This document shows positions 1 to 10,835 of a DNA stretch of 43,207 nt, one piece after another. The translations under genes were made by a program, and so were the position numbers. Below the pieces are notes generated by a model that was not told the DNA's origin, ran no database searches, and was given only the letters and a program-made list of their open reading frames with translations. The stretch is from the NCBI GenBank assembly GCA_026025075.1, contig JAPEUI010000129.1, positions 1 to 43,207 of the forward strand. The letters run 5' to 3'. Position 1 is the stretch's first letter. Every line of letters starts with the position of its first letter. This DNA comes from Vezdaea acicularis. Its lineage: Eukaryota.

Positions 1-626
1 GTTCAACTCCGTTTAGACCGGTTTGACTGCTTTGGTTGGGTCGGCTGGTTCGGTCTGGTTTGGTTGGGAGCTAGGCAGCTAGGCAGCACTTTCCTCGGCT
101 CTTCTCTCTTCTTCTAACATTAGGGCGAGCGGGGGTCTGGTGGGTTGGCAAGCAGGCGTTTTTTTCTCATTCATAGACTAGATGGGAGGGGAGATGTATT
201 CTTAATAGTGGGGTGAGGATCAATTCATGTTCTTCAATCTTACATACCTACCTACGCGCTGAATGAATACCTTTCGCTTGCGTGGTAGGAAGGCACGAAG
301 GGCAATTTGTTTTGTACCCTTTTCTTAAGCGAAACCCTCCCCCGCGAGCGAGCGACCCCACTACCAGTTTTGCCGAGGCAGACAGGCACCGTCATCTTTT
401 TCCCTACTACTAGTCATCCGTGAAGGGTTTGGTCGGTTTTCGTTGAGGATGACTGTTCCCCTCCCTTCTCGTCCACTCTCCCCGTCCGTCTGTCCGTCGC
501 CCGGACACCGCATGACTCCGACTGCTCCCACCGCGAGGTAGCCTAACGACAACGTCATGGTGTCATGGATTAAGCGGGAATGCCCGAGGAGGAGGGTGAC
601 CGGGGGGGGGGGTTGGAGGACGCGTA

Positions 627-678
627 AGGCGGTGGGAGGGGAGGTGCGGGTGAGGCGGTGGGAGGGGGCATGCGGGTG
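627..678 (+). repeat. G-rich 26-bp tandem duplication (2 copies), G-quadruplex-capable
   Basis: AGGCGGTGGGAGGGGAGGTGCGGGTG followed by AGGCGGTGGGAGGGGGCATGCGGGTG; a G11 run lies just upstream at 602-612. Confidence 0.7.
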
Positions 679-3600
679 TGGATGTACTGGGAATGGGATG
701 TTAATGGAGAGGAGTTTGTCGGTCCGATACTAGACCCCGGGTTCGCGTCGAGAAGACGGGGGGGATAATTCGGAGGGGTCTCCTTTCTCTGCTATGAGTT
801 CTGCGAACCCTGCGCGTAGGGTTCGGAGGGGGACTAAGACTCGCTTCCATTTCATACGGTTTCTTCACGCCATGGCTCAAGATGCATCGCGGACTGGGAG
901 GAAGAAAGGGGTATGAATCATCATCATGAAACTTCTCACGGCTCTCTTCCCAGGACGAGCGGCTGATTGGCCGCGACGAAAAAACGCGGGAATGTCTCCG
1001 TGATAGCGCGACGGGGCCCTCCGTCCTCGCTGTTCCATGCTATATTCCGCCAAGCACATAAATGGGGTTATTTGAGGATTCCATCGCGAAACCTTGAAAC
1101 AAATATAAAAGGGAGGGGGACTGATTCTAGTCAATAGACAGAGCGTCTCGCGCACACAAGCTCTCCCGAAGATGGGCGAGGAGGTTTCCGCCGCGCTGCT
1201 GGTCCGGGCGGAAGTGCGCCTATCGCGTCTACGCCCCGCAGCCGTTGCGTCCGGGTGTGGAGAAATATGTTTCTGCAGCGCAGGGACTCCCTTCCTCCCT
1301 CTCTCTCCTGGGAGCCATGCAATATGAGTGAGTGGGGCTGACGAAAAAAAGTTCTTACCCGCGTTATTCAGCTCTTGGCTCTGATCGTTTGTCTCACTTC
1401 GCTGCGGGTGCCGAGAAAAGGCAGGAGAGAGGGAGCTTGAAAAAAGATTTCCCGCAGCGTCTCCGCCGCCGAGCGAGGAAGGACGGGGGCTCGCATCGAG
1501 TAAAATGCGAGACAGATGGGGCTGGATACGCAATATCCAATATCCAATAAAACAGAAGACATCGCTTTCGGAGAACGACGACGATGTTTGGCGCTGTCGG
1601 GCCAAGCTATCGTACGCTATACGTGGTTCGAGACAGCGAAAGAAGCCAGGGGGGCGGGTTTCGCGGTTGGGGCTTGCGCTTGCTGGGGGGTGCATTAGGT
1701 GATGGTTCGCTTGGCACTTTTTCAGTTTAGTGGGTTTGGTTGCGGGAGGGAACTAGGGTTTTGACGAGGGCGGATTGGCGCGGATCACGGTTCGCGGAGC
1801 GGGATGTGGAGATGGAGATGGAGTTGGAGTTGGAGTGGGACGAGAATAGAAACGAAGAGTGCGCGGACGCCGTTCCGGGATCCCTATCCGTGCTTGAGCT
1901 AGACGTAAGCAAAAACGAAAGTCTTGGATCGATCGCGGAGATATATTGGTTTGTCGTATCTACGGTTCCACTTTCCGCTTGCGCAAGTTCTAGCAAAATT
2001 GGGGGCAGCAGAAGCAGGGGGAAGGAAATATTGGCGTTTTAGAGCACACGCTTGCTTGATTTGAAGACCTGCAGGCGCGCACTCGGAAAGAAAAGAAAGA
2101 AAAAGGTAAACCCCACTGTTTCATCCGGCTTCGAGAACAACAGCTCAGCTTCCCCCCTTTCCAATCGTCCCTTGTATTCGTCATCCTCCCCCCCCCTGTT
2201 CCCTCCCTCCCAATATTTTTCTGCGCTACGGTAGGCGGGCCCCGCCGCGCGGGGGGACCGAGGGCAGAAGATGTGGCCCTGTTTCAGCCCCGTTCCTTTC
2301 TAGACCATCCAACATCTCCCACCAGCTTTTTCGTCCCCGCGGCGAGGTTCGCGTCGGGGCGTGCAGCGGTTCGTGGGTGGCTATGGCTGCACACTGTCAA
2401 ATTTTGCGCTTGACGAAATTTTGCGTTTCTGCATGCTGGTGGCGGGAAGGGGGGTTTTTTTCCTGCGGGCTTGAGCTCTGCTTCGCGCGGTTGGGGGCCT
2501 GGTGCTTGGCTGCGTATATGTACGTACAGATGCGAGATGCGCGATTGCGCGATTGTTGGGTTACGCTGCTTGGGGTGGGTGGGGCTTAGCCGCCGTTTCC
2601 CTCCCAGGCCTGCCCTTGTTCTTTTGTGCTGGATATCGGCTGGGTTGTTTTCAAGGATGGGGGGATTTGCGGTGGTCGTATCGATAGGAGGTCTCCCTCA
2701 CTTGTTCATCGCGGACACTCTCATCGAGAATCGTCATTCATTGTCGCACTCGGCCGGCCTTTCCGGCTTTCCGTCTTTCTCGAACCCCTCGTCTCTGGGG
2801 AGACATCTGCTTCCGCCCGCCGCCGTAATGGGGAAAGGCTCGCTAAAAAGGAAAACGAACGCGCTTGCGTGGGCAAAGGGGGAGGGGGGGCGCACCTAGA
2901 ATAATTCTCCGCAGACCCTGTGACAGATCATACGAAAAGCAACCTTGCGAGGCCGGGGGAAGAACCAGAGGGGAACCCCTGCGAAAGGAAAAAAATACGG
3001 GAAGAAGGATATTTTTTCTTGGGGAAAGATGAGCCTGGGTTCACATCCTTGATTTTTCTTTTCGAGAGGCGGGGTTGCTTGTCCCTGGCGGGGAAAAAGA
3101 TAGATGCCAAAGGGCGCGCGTTTCGAGCGCGTTTCATGCTCGCCTAAGCAGGGAATGTTCGGGGATGCGATGCTCAGCTAAGCAAGGAGAGTCGTTCTTT
3201 CTCTCGGCAAGGCTTGCGCCAAATGGGAAAGTTCTTGAAACGGGAACGGGTTTCTGGAGGACGACTCGGCCCGATGCGGATGGGGCCGCCAACGTACATT
3301 ACTACTTTTGGACGCCTGGTCATTCGCTGATCGGCGAACACGTCTGGATGGCCGGGGTTGGTTGTTTCGAGATGACTGGCCCGATGGGTTCCGGTTGCGG
3401 AGGGGGTTGTGGCTGGAGAATGGCGCCTTGTGTGCTGTCAACTTCGAGCAGCGCCTATCTGACGAGCAATGCCAATCGTGTGACCAGGCTTATCATGTTC
3501 TTTCCCGGGCGCTGATAGCTCTACTTGCAACATGGCCGGCGAATAACAGAGCGCAATGTCAGACATCTGTATCCCGCCTAGAGGCTCCAAGAGGCTCAAC

Positions 3601-4747
3601 TGGTCAGAGAACGCGATATAATCATTAATGTCTGGAATGCCTCCAACAGGGTGTGCGCTACCGGATTCTAATAAGTCACGAAATCATTGGGAGGTCTAAC
3701 GAGGGGCACAAGCCAGACCGCAATATCACTCTCCTTATCAAGGCCTTGGACTTCAGTGGACAAGTGCCGAATGTCGAAAGAGCAGACTCGGTCTCGTGCA
3801 TGGTGAGATCTCCTGAAGTGCGACAGCCGTCCAACCTAAGTTCATCTCATGGAGGTTTCTCTGGGGAAGAAGGTTCGTCCATGCTTCGTCAAGGCGGAGG
3901 ATGGGAGCAATCTTACAACGTGCGGGCTCCTTACGTTGTATAAATCCTGTCGTTATTCTATTTGTCCCTCGATAGACCTCGGATACTCCATTGCCTCTAG
4001 TGCAGGTCTTTCATGTCTTCTTCATTGGTTTTTCTTATTTCAAAGAGTCATCATCTTCGAGAAGTACCGCCGTGTCTAGTACCAAAATAACCTTCAGAGT
4101 CCATGAAACAAGATGCCGAGAACAAACGTTACATTATACAGGAGAATTCTGGTTCCATCAATCCATGTGTTAGCATACTCTTTGCCGGAAAAACGCATCG
4201 GTATTTCCAAGGCCCTTCCCTAGTGACATGATCGCACCAAAGGACCAACAAATGGATGAATAGGTGTGCGACTTTTACTGGGAACCAGCATTGACTTGAG
4301 TTGTAATCATGATACTGGCTTGCCCAAAGACTCTTCCAAAGATGTCGATGACACCTGACTCATACCACTTTATTTTTTGCCCTTTTTTGTCTCATTGCGA
4401 GCTTTCGAGTCTGCGCGGTTTCAACATAACGAGAGCTGCTCTGTTTACTCCCGACGTATTCTTCATCGCAGGCATCCGTAGTGGTCACTGCTTGGTGATT
4501 ATGAGAGTCTTTCCGCTGTTTAGAAAAGAGGGAAGTCCTTGTCGCAAGAGATGGGTCTTGAAATGACAACAAGGAGAATGTCCTTCTTCGTATCCCCTGA
4601 ATGATGCTCAACCTGTCCTCAACGCGCTTCTACCATGTCGGTTCCAAGCATGTTGGAACCCGAGGATTTTGCTTCAAGATAAAGAAACATTTTCTGTAAC
4701 CCCTCGAATCCTACACACAACATAGAAGTTGAGACGAGTAAAGCCTT

Positions 4748-5290
4748 TCAACAATCTCTCAGAACACCTGCTCTAGCCTCTTCTTCAAGACGCCTGAAAT
4801 CGGCGGGTTTGACCATTTACTCGGCGACCTCCCGCGTTCTCAGAATCTAGGTACCTTATGCAGCGGTTTCGGCCTGGCCCCTTATTTACTTGAGATTCTG
4901 GACCTCGGCGAGTATGAGGGAGCAATTGAAGTCTCTCCCGGCGTCTATATTGTTGTCGTCTAAGTACGAGCGTGGCGTAGAGGCGGCGTTTTCCTGGCGG
5001 CGTGTTTCCTAGCATCGTGCTTCCTGGCGTCGCATTTCCTGACATCGTGTCTCCTGGCAGACGCCCTGGATACCTTATATCTTACTAAAGTTAGTTGAAT
5101 AAGTCCTACTACCTCTAAGTTAATTGGTGTATAATTTTGTCTTCACGAGAGTCAATGTTCGTGTTTTCCGGCGGTCGCTCCTTTACGCAGGTCTGATATG
5201 TGTCTTACTTTAAGCGCTTCGATACTGGTGTTCTTCCCATTCTTCAGACGGATCAAAGACCCTTACTACCTTCTGAAACCTCTCATTACC
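4748..5290 (-). pseudogene. RIP-type mutated gene relic with QE-x-RR pentapeptide repeats
   Basis: Minus frame 5056->4748 reads QETRCQEMRRQEARC*ETRRQENAASTPRSYLDDNNIDAGRDFNCSLILAEVQNLK*IRGQAETAA*GT*ILRTREVAE*MVKPADFRRLEEEARAGVLRDC*. All five internal stops are TAA/TAG. A candidate GTAAGA donor (5208) and a CTAAC branch (~5092) lie upstream; the 5' exon structure is uncertain. Confidence 0.55.
4982..5065. repeat. 15-bp tandem repeat, ~5 units
   Basis: ttcctggcggcgtgt / ttcctagcatcgtgc / ttcctggcgtcgcat / ttcctgacatcgtgt / ctcctggcagacgcc (4991-5065). Confidence 0.9.
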
Positions 5291-5435
5291 TACGCTCGTA
5301 GCCGTTCAGAAGTTTTGAGTCTTAATTGCAGCTAGCTATTCTACACGGCCCTGCATGGACTAGTCACTACTAGGAGTGGGGGGAAACCTCTATTAGATTT
5401 ATTTCCTATCTCTCTCATCATCACAGCAATCCCTT

Positions 5436-5914
5436 TCAGCCCCTTAGACTAAGAAGTTCCAGCTCATGTAATGTAGTAGGTAAATCGGCCCGAACGCCCG
5501 GGACTCTCTGCGCGATATTATGAATGATCCAGTCCTCGGCACCATCTTCCAATGTCTTTCGTTGCCCGTCGTAAAGATTCCGTAACACGCAGCGACACTC
5601 GAGAGGGCGATACCCCTTATAAAGTGCGAACGTCTCGGGCTGGTAAGGTTCTTCGAGCAGGAAAAGCTCGCCGGTTGGCGAACATGTCATTCGCAATTGG
5701 CCCACGAGAACGGTGACCCAAAGTGGAGGCGACCGACGGTTCCATGGCTGACGATGACGGTCGCATTCGACTTCAAACTAGAATCTCTTTAGTGTGTCTC
5801 CTCAATACTCAGGAAGGCTTATGCGCCAGAGATCGTCTTACTCACTGGGTTGAAAAGATAAGGCGCAGCTGCTACAGTAAGTGCGAAGGTACAAAGCAAG
5901 ACAAAGTGTCTCAT
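5436..5914 (-). CDS. Small secreted cysteine-containing protein, 136 aa (2 exons: 5914-5846, 5777-5436)
   Basis: ATG at 5914 gives the signal-peptide-like MRHFVLLCTFALTVAAAPYLFNP. A phase-0 intron 5845-5778 (GTGAGT...CTAAA...TAG, 68 nt) joins in frame to FEVECDRHRQPW... and on into track ORF 5705-5436. Confidence 0.75.
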
Positions 5915-7812
5915 CTTGCAGACCGGTGTCCACGCTGTAACATACTGCGACTCGATATGTAATGCTGCAACGAGAAGCTAGTTGCCTCGCATATTGATGT
6001 TTGGAGTAAACAAATAATTGGTTTAATTGCACATCGCCTTTCCTTGGATAGAGATGAATCATGTCCTCTCCGTCCTACCTAAAAATGCCTCATTGGCAAG
6101 AGACCTCAGACATCCCCGCGTTTCGTCCATTCCGACCTTCAGCCTTCTAAAATTCCGTGGTCAGACAAACGAATGAACGACATGACAGCCCGGTTGGGGC
6201 TAGAGGTATGCTGAGGAGTTGGAGGTGCACAATCGCGCACCGGCTAAATTGAAGGAGTACTAATACAGGTTTGGGAGAGCGCCATGGCACCAAACCATAG
6301 CGAACAGCAAACACATTTGCCGAAGCTTTGACCGGCCGGAAGTTTAGCTCTGCATTTGCTGCAAGGCAGATTACAAGAATTAAGAAATAGTCGGTAGCTT
6401 TCCTCCCGTCATCTGGGAATCCAGACGAATTGGTTCACCACCGTATGGAAGCCAGCTCGCAAGACCCTATGAATAACACATAGGCATCATGTCTCTCAAT
6501 CATTACGGCACATAAAATCTTCAGTCCAACGATGTAATTCCTTCCGGGGAGGTTTCGCCTTTGGCTTGAGTAGTTTAATCCTAGGAGGAAGGGTGCCATT
6601 AGCACAAAGGATATGCCAAGACATGAACGTATACGGAGTACAACACCAAGATTGTTGGGAGCATATTCTTGACATGGCTGCGCAAGGCTCCATACCTTGT
6701 AATTTGTAAGGGCTCTGGTGTAGAAGCCCTCTTAGAGCTTCTACACAAAGGCGTGCATCATCCCAACAAACCGTTTCCACCTAGCGAAGGTGCAAACAGG
6801 AAATGAATACTTGGCTGCAGTAATGTCACGAACATGACGTGTCACCATATTTGTTTTTCCTGCCAGCGCGAATAGACCTAATGAGCACGTGAAAGAGATG
6901 CCTAGAATACAAAAACACCGAGAGTCACTGCCCTTGCGTTAACTACCAATTGACAGCCTAGCCTTTGTGCTTGTGAAGCTTGGACGGACCTCTTCTCCGC
7001 TTCCCCTGCGTCCATTGAAGCAATGCAAGATACTGTGGGGAAGTGCAGGTCCTCAATTGATGTTTCCGGTTAACAATCGTCTGTTTACCCCTGCCGATAC
7101 CCCCCATCTTGAATTTGGGCCCTTAAGATATACATTGCGCTAAACGGGGTTGGAAGTGCATCGGGAGATAACCCCGGGTAGGTCCGTTTTGCAGGGAATT
7201 AAATGGCTAGCCAGGGGTAGCTTAGAGATGCTAGTCCTCAAAATTCTGATCGAGTCCTGTTTCGTATTTCCATAGACGATACGCCCTTGATTGCACTTCG
7301 AACAGCCGTTCTTATCGTTTATCATTACCGAGGCTGGCCCAATCGGCGATCGCGTAATATAGTTCAAACGGGAGGGCTGTGGGGACCAGCCGCTACAGAT
7401 CATCGACATCGCCATTCCGGCAGGCAAAAAATATTTCCCCGGTCATATCCCTCCTACTAGCCACTCCTACAGCCATTGTAGCGGTATAGTAGATAGCAAA
7501 AGGTGGTATTTGTTGAAAGACACCAGCTTTCTCCTCGCTGCCCGATCGGCCGAAACGGGCATAGCCTGATGCAAGAGAGGACGCCTCGTACTTACACCTC
7601 CAATTACATACTCAGCTAAATACATCTGAAAAGGCGGCTTACGAATTGTGGATGGACAAGGCTTTGGTTACAGCTTCCCCTTCAAATAATGGAAGGTTTC
7701 TTAACTCACTCGCCGCCGGTGAGATTCGTCCATTACCTCAAGCTTTCGAATCGGCATCATAGGTCAATTATGTCAATCGCCCGCCACAAGGGTTGTTTGC
7801 AAGAAACTCAAT

Positions 7813-9000
7813 TCATACCCATTTCATGCATCCCTCTCTCGGCAGCTCAAGCTCCATCCTTAACAGGATCCGTGTCCTCTGCAAGGGCGAACTGTAATCA
7901 GCCGTATAGACACTAGTCTATCCGCTCTTTTCCAGATCGAACTAGGAACCATCCATTGCTTCAAAACTTCCAAGAGATCCATAACATGAGCTTCGGGCGG
8001 TATTGCTGACGATCTCATCCTAAGCTCCACCACTCTGCTTTCCTCTCAATAAGGCTTGATGATAGAACTCTTCTATCTCGTCATTCTAAGGGCAAGTCGT
8101 ATCAAGGTTAGGCACTCCCGATCCGGGAAGAGATCTGCTTGCTGACTTGAATTGAGCTTTCACATTTAGAGGCTGAAGTGCAAGACTTTGGTCAGTCTCC
8201 TCAGTACGGAAAGCCGATCAAGGTCTCGATAACCCCGATTATCTTTACTCATCAGAAATTATGCAGACGCCTTTTACAGCTCAGGTCATACTGGACTTGG
8301 CCGAAGCCGGAACTCTCTGCCCAGTAGAGGAGCATTTGTCCAGGTGCAGGTCCAGCTCATCAACCTTTTCTAAGTCCATTGAACCCTGGCTACCATTTTC
8401 GGCCTGAGAAGACCCCTGAAGCATAACCGTCCTGACATCTTATGGCAAAAGACGACCCTTTGTCGTTAAACCAGGTCTTATTCTTTAGGAATTCTGGTGC
8501 TCTTCTTTCCCGTCCTACAATTGGCCACTTGCTTTGAGTAGGACTATCGTGGCATTTAGCTCCGGACCACTTGCTAGATTAAGGCCTTTTGCCCGCATCT
8601 TCGAACCCTTTCCCCAGGGTTCCCGCGAAGTTGTTTTGGACCGCTAGATACACTGAATGCTAGCTTGGTTCAAGAACCTCCAAGGAACCGACATCACCTG
8701 TGGAACCAAATTACCGAGTGATTTCCGAGCATTTGTTCCCTTGGAACCAGGCTCCTTCTGTTCTTGTGGGCCATATCTTATTCTTCGGGGCGGATATTTG
8801 GTCTCTTACTCGCGATCCTCTGGTATTGGAACGTTAGTGAATCTTGGTATTATTCAACGACAGTTTCATAGAAGGTGTTGTCTATAGAGGACAGGCCTTA
8901 AGTCTACCTGGGTCAACAGCACCAAGTAAACACTTCACTCTTGGGTCGGGCTCACTGGAATAGAGAAAGCAGGAGTATATGGTGATTGTCGACTTCAGCT
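7813..9000 (-). pseudogene. Possible degenerate (RIP-like) spliced gene, head-to-head with the homeobox gene
   Basis: Phase-consistent intron 8907-8820 (GTAGAC...CTAAC...CAG). The downstream frame is protein-like (e.g. CP*NDEIEEFYHQALLRG...GS*FDLEKSG*TSVYTADY...RILLRMELELPREGCMKWV*) but carries about 13 stops, mostly TAA/TAG. That stop density is near random, so support is weak. Confidence 0.3.
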
Positions 9001-9022
9001 GGCCTTATCTCCCATTTCCAAT

Positions 9023-10267
9023 ATGGCTACAACCACGGCAAACAAGGCCTTCGTCGAAAATTCTTGCGACCCATACTTAGGTTGTGATGACAACGGGTTC
9101 GCAGCAAGTGGATCGGAGTCAGAATATGCTTATTCAAGCGAATTCTCCCCTACAGCAGCTGAAAATGGCTTAATAATAGAGGGAGCTCCTGTGGCTTTTA
9201 CCGCTCAGAATTTATATTCCGACCAGGATGCCGTCGATAATGATGAATCCCCGGATTATGGTTTTTGGATTCACAGGGCGGCCGCTATATCTGATCCTAT
9301 TTCGGAGGATACAACTCTGGAAAGGCCCAAGACGCCAGTGTTGCCAGATGGCCAAAATGGGCCTTCCCACACTACCCCCAAGGATCCCTCCGCACCAGGC
9401 AAGGGGAAAAGGTTTAAACCGGACCAAAATAAAATCCTGAGGAGATTCTTCATGAACCAGGGAGCCAACCCAAATGCGGAGAGCAAGAGGGAACTGGCAG
9501 CCGCTACGGGATTGGCCGAAAAGCAGGTGACGGGCTGGTTCAATAATGAGCGTAGGAAATCTAGGAAGGCAAACACAGACCCCACCGATCTGGCCTCAAC
9601 TAGGATGCCTCACAGGAAAAGGAAGGCGGAAGCCGACCATGCTACTGAAGTGCGTGGCCATTCAATGTCTGGGTTGCATACCCCACCATCTGAGGCTGGG
9701 ATAGGTTTGAGTTCTTTGGAATCGGATTCGCCGATGCTCTCTCTACCCCTTGACCAGCCGGGGCGGCCCATCCAGAGGAGATCAGGGAGACCCTCAAATA
9801 TCGACGGAAGATTCCCTTGCACCTTCTGCGGTAGGTCATCGAAGACGGCCCATGAGTGGGCAAAGCATGAGAACACTCACCTCTCAACCGAGATATGGAC
9901 ATGTGGTCTCTGTCCGAGCCAGGATCGAAAACAGTCTGGACGGAAAGACCATTTTGTACAGCATCTGCGTCAAGTACATAGGACTGGATATGACGCCACG
10001 TTCATGAGTGGGTGGTGCTCCAAGACTGATAATATCTGCTCCCGCTGTGGCTTCTGCTCGCTCGAGCTAGTGACATGGACGGAACGAAAATCTCACCTTT
10101 GTAGCCATTTCAGGGAAGGCCGCACCATGGCTGAATGGACGGGAGACTTGGGCCTCGATTATGACAATTACCTCCGTTTGGAGAACGCCACGCCTCCGGA
10201 ATCATGGCCAAACAGAGCATATATAGCCGAGGCCAACAGGTCCGACTGGGCGCAATTAGCGTTATGA
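9023..10267 (+). CDS. Homeodomain + C2H2 zinc-finger transcription factor (single exon, 414 aa)
   Basis: Homeodomain RFKPDQNKILRRFF...KRELAAATGLAEKQVTGWFNNERRK. C2H2-like fingers FPCTFC...KHENTH, WTCGLC...RKDHFVQHLRQVH and SRCGFC...RKSHLCSHF match the fungal homeobox-C2H2 architecture. Confidence 0.9.
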   Translation: MATTTANKAFVENSCDPYLGCDDNGFAASGSESEYAYSSEFSPTAAENGLIIEGAPVAFTAQNLYSDQDAVDNDESPDYGFWIHRAAAISDPISEDTTLERPKTPVLPDGQNGPSHTTPKDPSAPGKGKRFKPDQNKILRRFFMNQGANPNAESKRELAAATGLAEKQVTGWFNNERRKSRKANTDPTDLASTRMPHRKRKAEADHATEVRGHSMSGLHTPPSEAGIGLSSLESDSPMLSLPLDQPGRPIQRRSGRPSNIDGRFPCTFCGRSSKTAHEWAKHENTHLSTEIWTCGLCPSQDRKQSGRKDHFVQHLRQVHRTGYDATFMSGWCSKTDNICSRCGFCSLELVTWTERKSHLCSHFREGRTMAEWTGDLGLDYDNYLRLENATPPESWPNRAYIAEANRSDWAQLAL

Positions 10268-10610
10268 CGACTGGAAGATCGAAAGGGTAGATTTGGGGGG
10301 GGCGGCAGATTACTCTTATCACAAAGACAATGGACTCCCTCGATTCATGTCTCGTGTTTTATTTAAGGTGTCGGGATATGTCGGAAAAGGGGGTTTGGAT
10401 ATCGTTTTCTGTGCAAGTTATATCTTCTTCTCGCGATTGCACACTCTTCCCCGCCTTGTTCTAAGCTTGGAGCTGATTCGGGACGGCGAAGTTATTTACA
10501 GCACTATACCACATGTAATGTTTTATTTTGGTCCTCCAGGGGGGAGATTTTCTCTTGGAACAATTGGGATCGGGGTTTGGGTCAACAGGGGTGGGTCTCT
10601 TTTTTACTTA

Positions 10611-10835
10611 CGACCAGGATGAGGCTTGACGGGGATCTCACCTCTTTTTTTATCTGCGACCAGGGCTCGTGCTTACCCTAGGGTTGGAGCTCGTCTCGCG
10701 ACGAGGACTGCACTCAACGACGGAATGAACTCTTTTCGCTTGCGACTAGGATGGCGCGCGCTGGAGGCAGGGTGTTTATTCCCCGCCTGCGACTAGGATC
10801 ACACTTGATGGGAACTCGATCTATTGTTTACGCCT
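10611..10835. repeat. Degenerate ~45-bp tandem array with conserved CGAC(C/T/G)AGG core
   Basis: Cores at 10611, 10657, 10699, 10743 and 10790 (spacings 46, 42, 44, 47); units 1 and 5 align over ~40 nt. Confidence 0.7.

Noticed and set aside
877..1695. 272-aa minus-strand ORF
   Set aside because: No recognisable domain, Arg/Ser/Pro composition typical of GC-rich chance ORFs, and no supporting splice structure.
300..3500. Telomerase RNA or other structured housekeeping RNA
   Set aside because: The size would fit, but I found no TAACCCTAA-type template on either strand and no RNase P/MRP, U-snRNA, 5S or tRNA signature by eye.
3500..7700. Transposon or Starship element explaining the accessory block
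   Set aside because: I recognised no transposase, reverse transcriptase, integrase or tyrosine-recombinase motifs and no clear TIR/LTR/TSD. Short ORFs at 3653-4611 and 6496-7427 could not be tied to any family.
8222..8256. Hammerhead-like CTGATGA...stem...GAGAC on the minus strand (also CTGATGAG at 40503)
   Set aside because: The required GAAA core and flanking stems I and III are not present.
10611..10835. CRISPR-like array
   Set aside because: Eukaryotic context, cores only ~10 nt, spacers homologous to each other, and no cas genes; it is a decayed tandem repeat.
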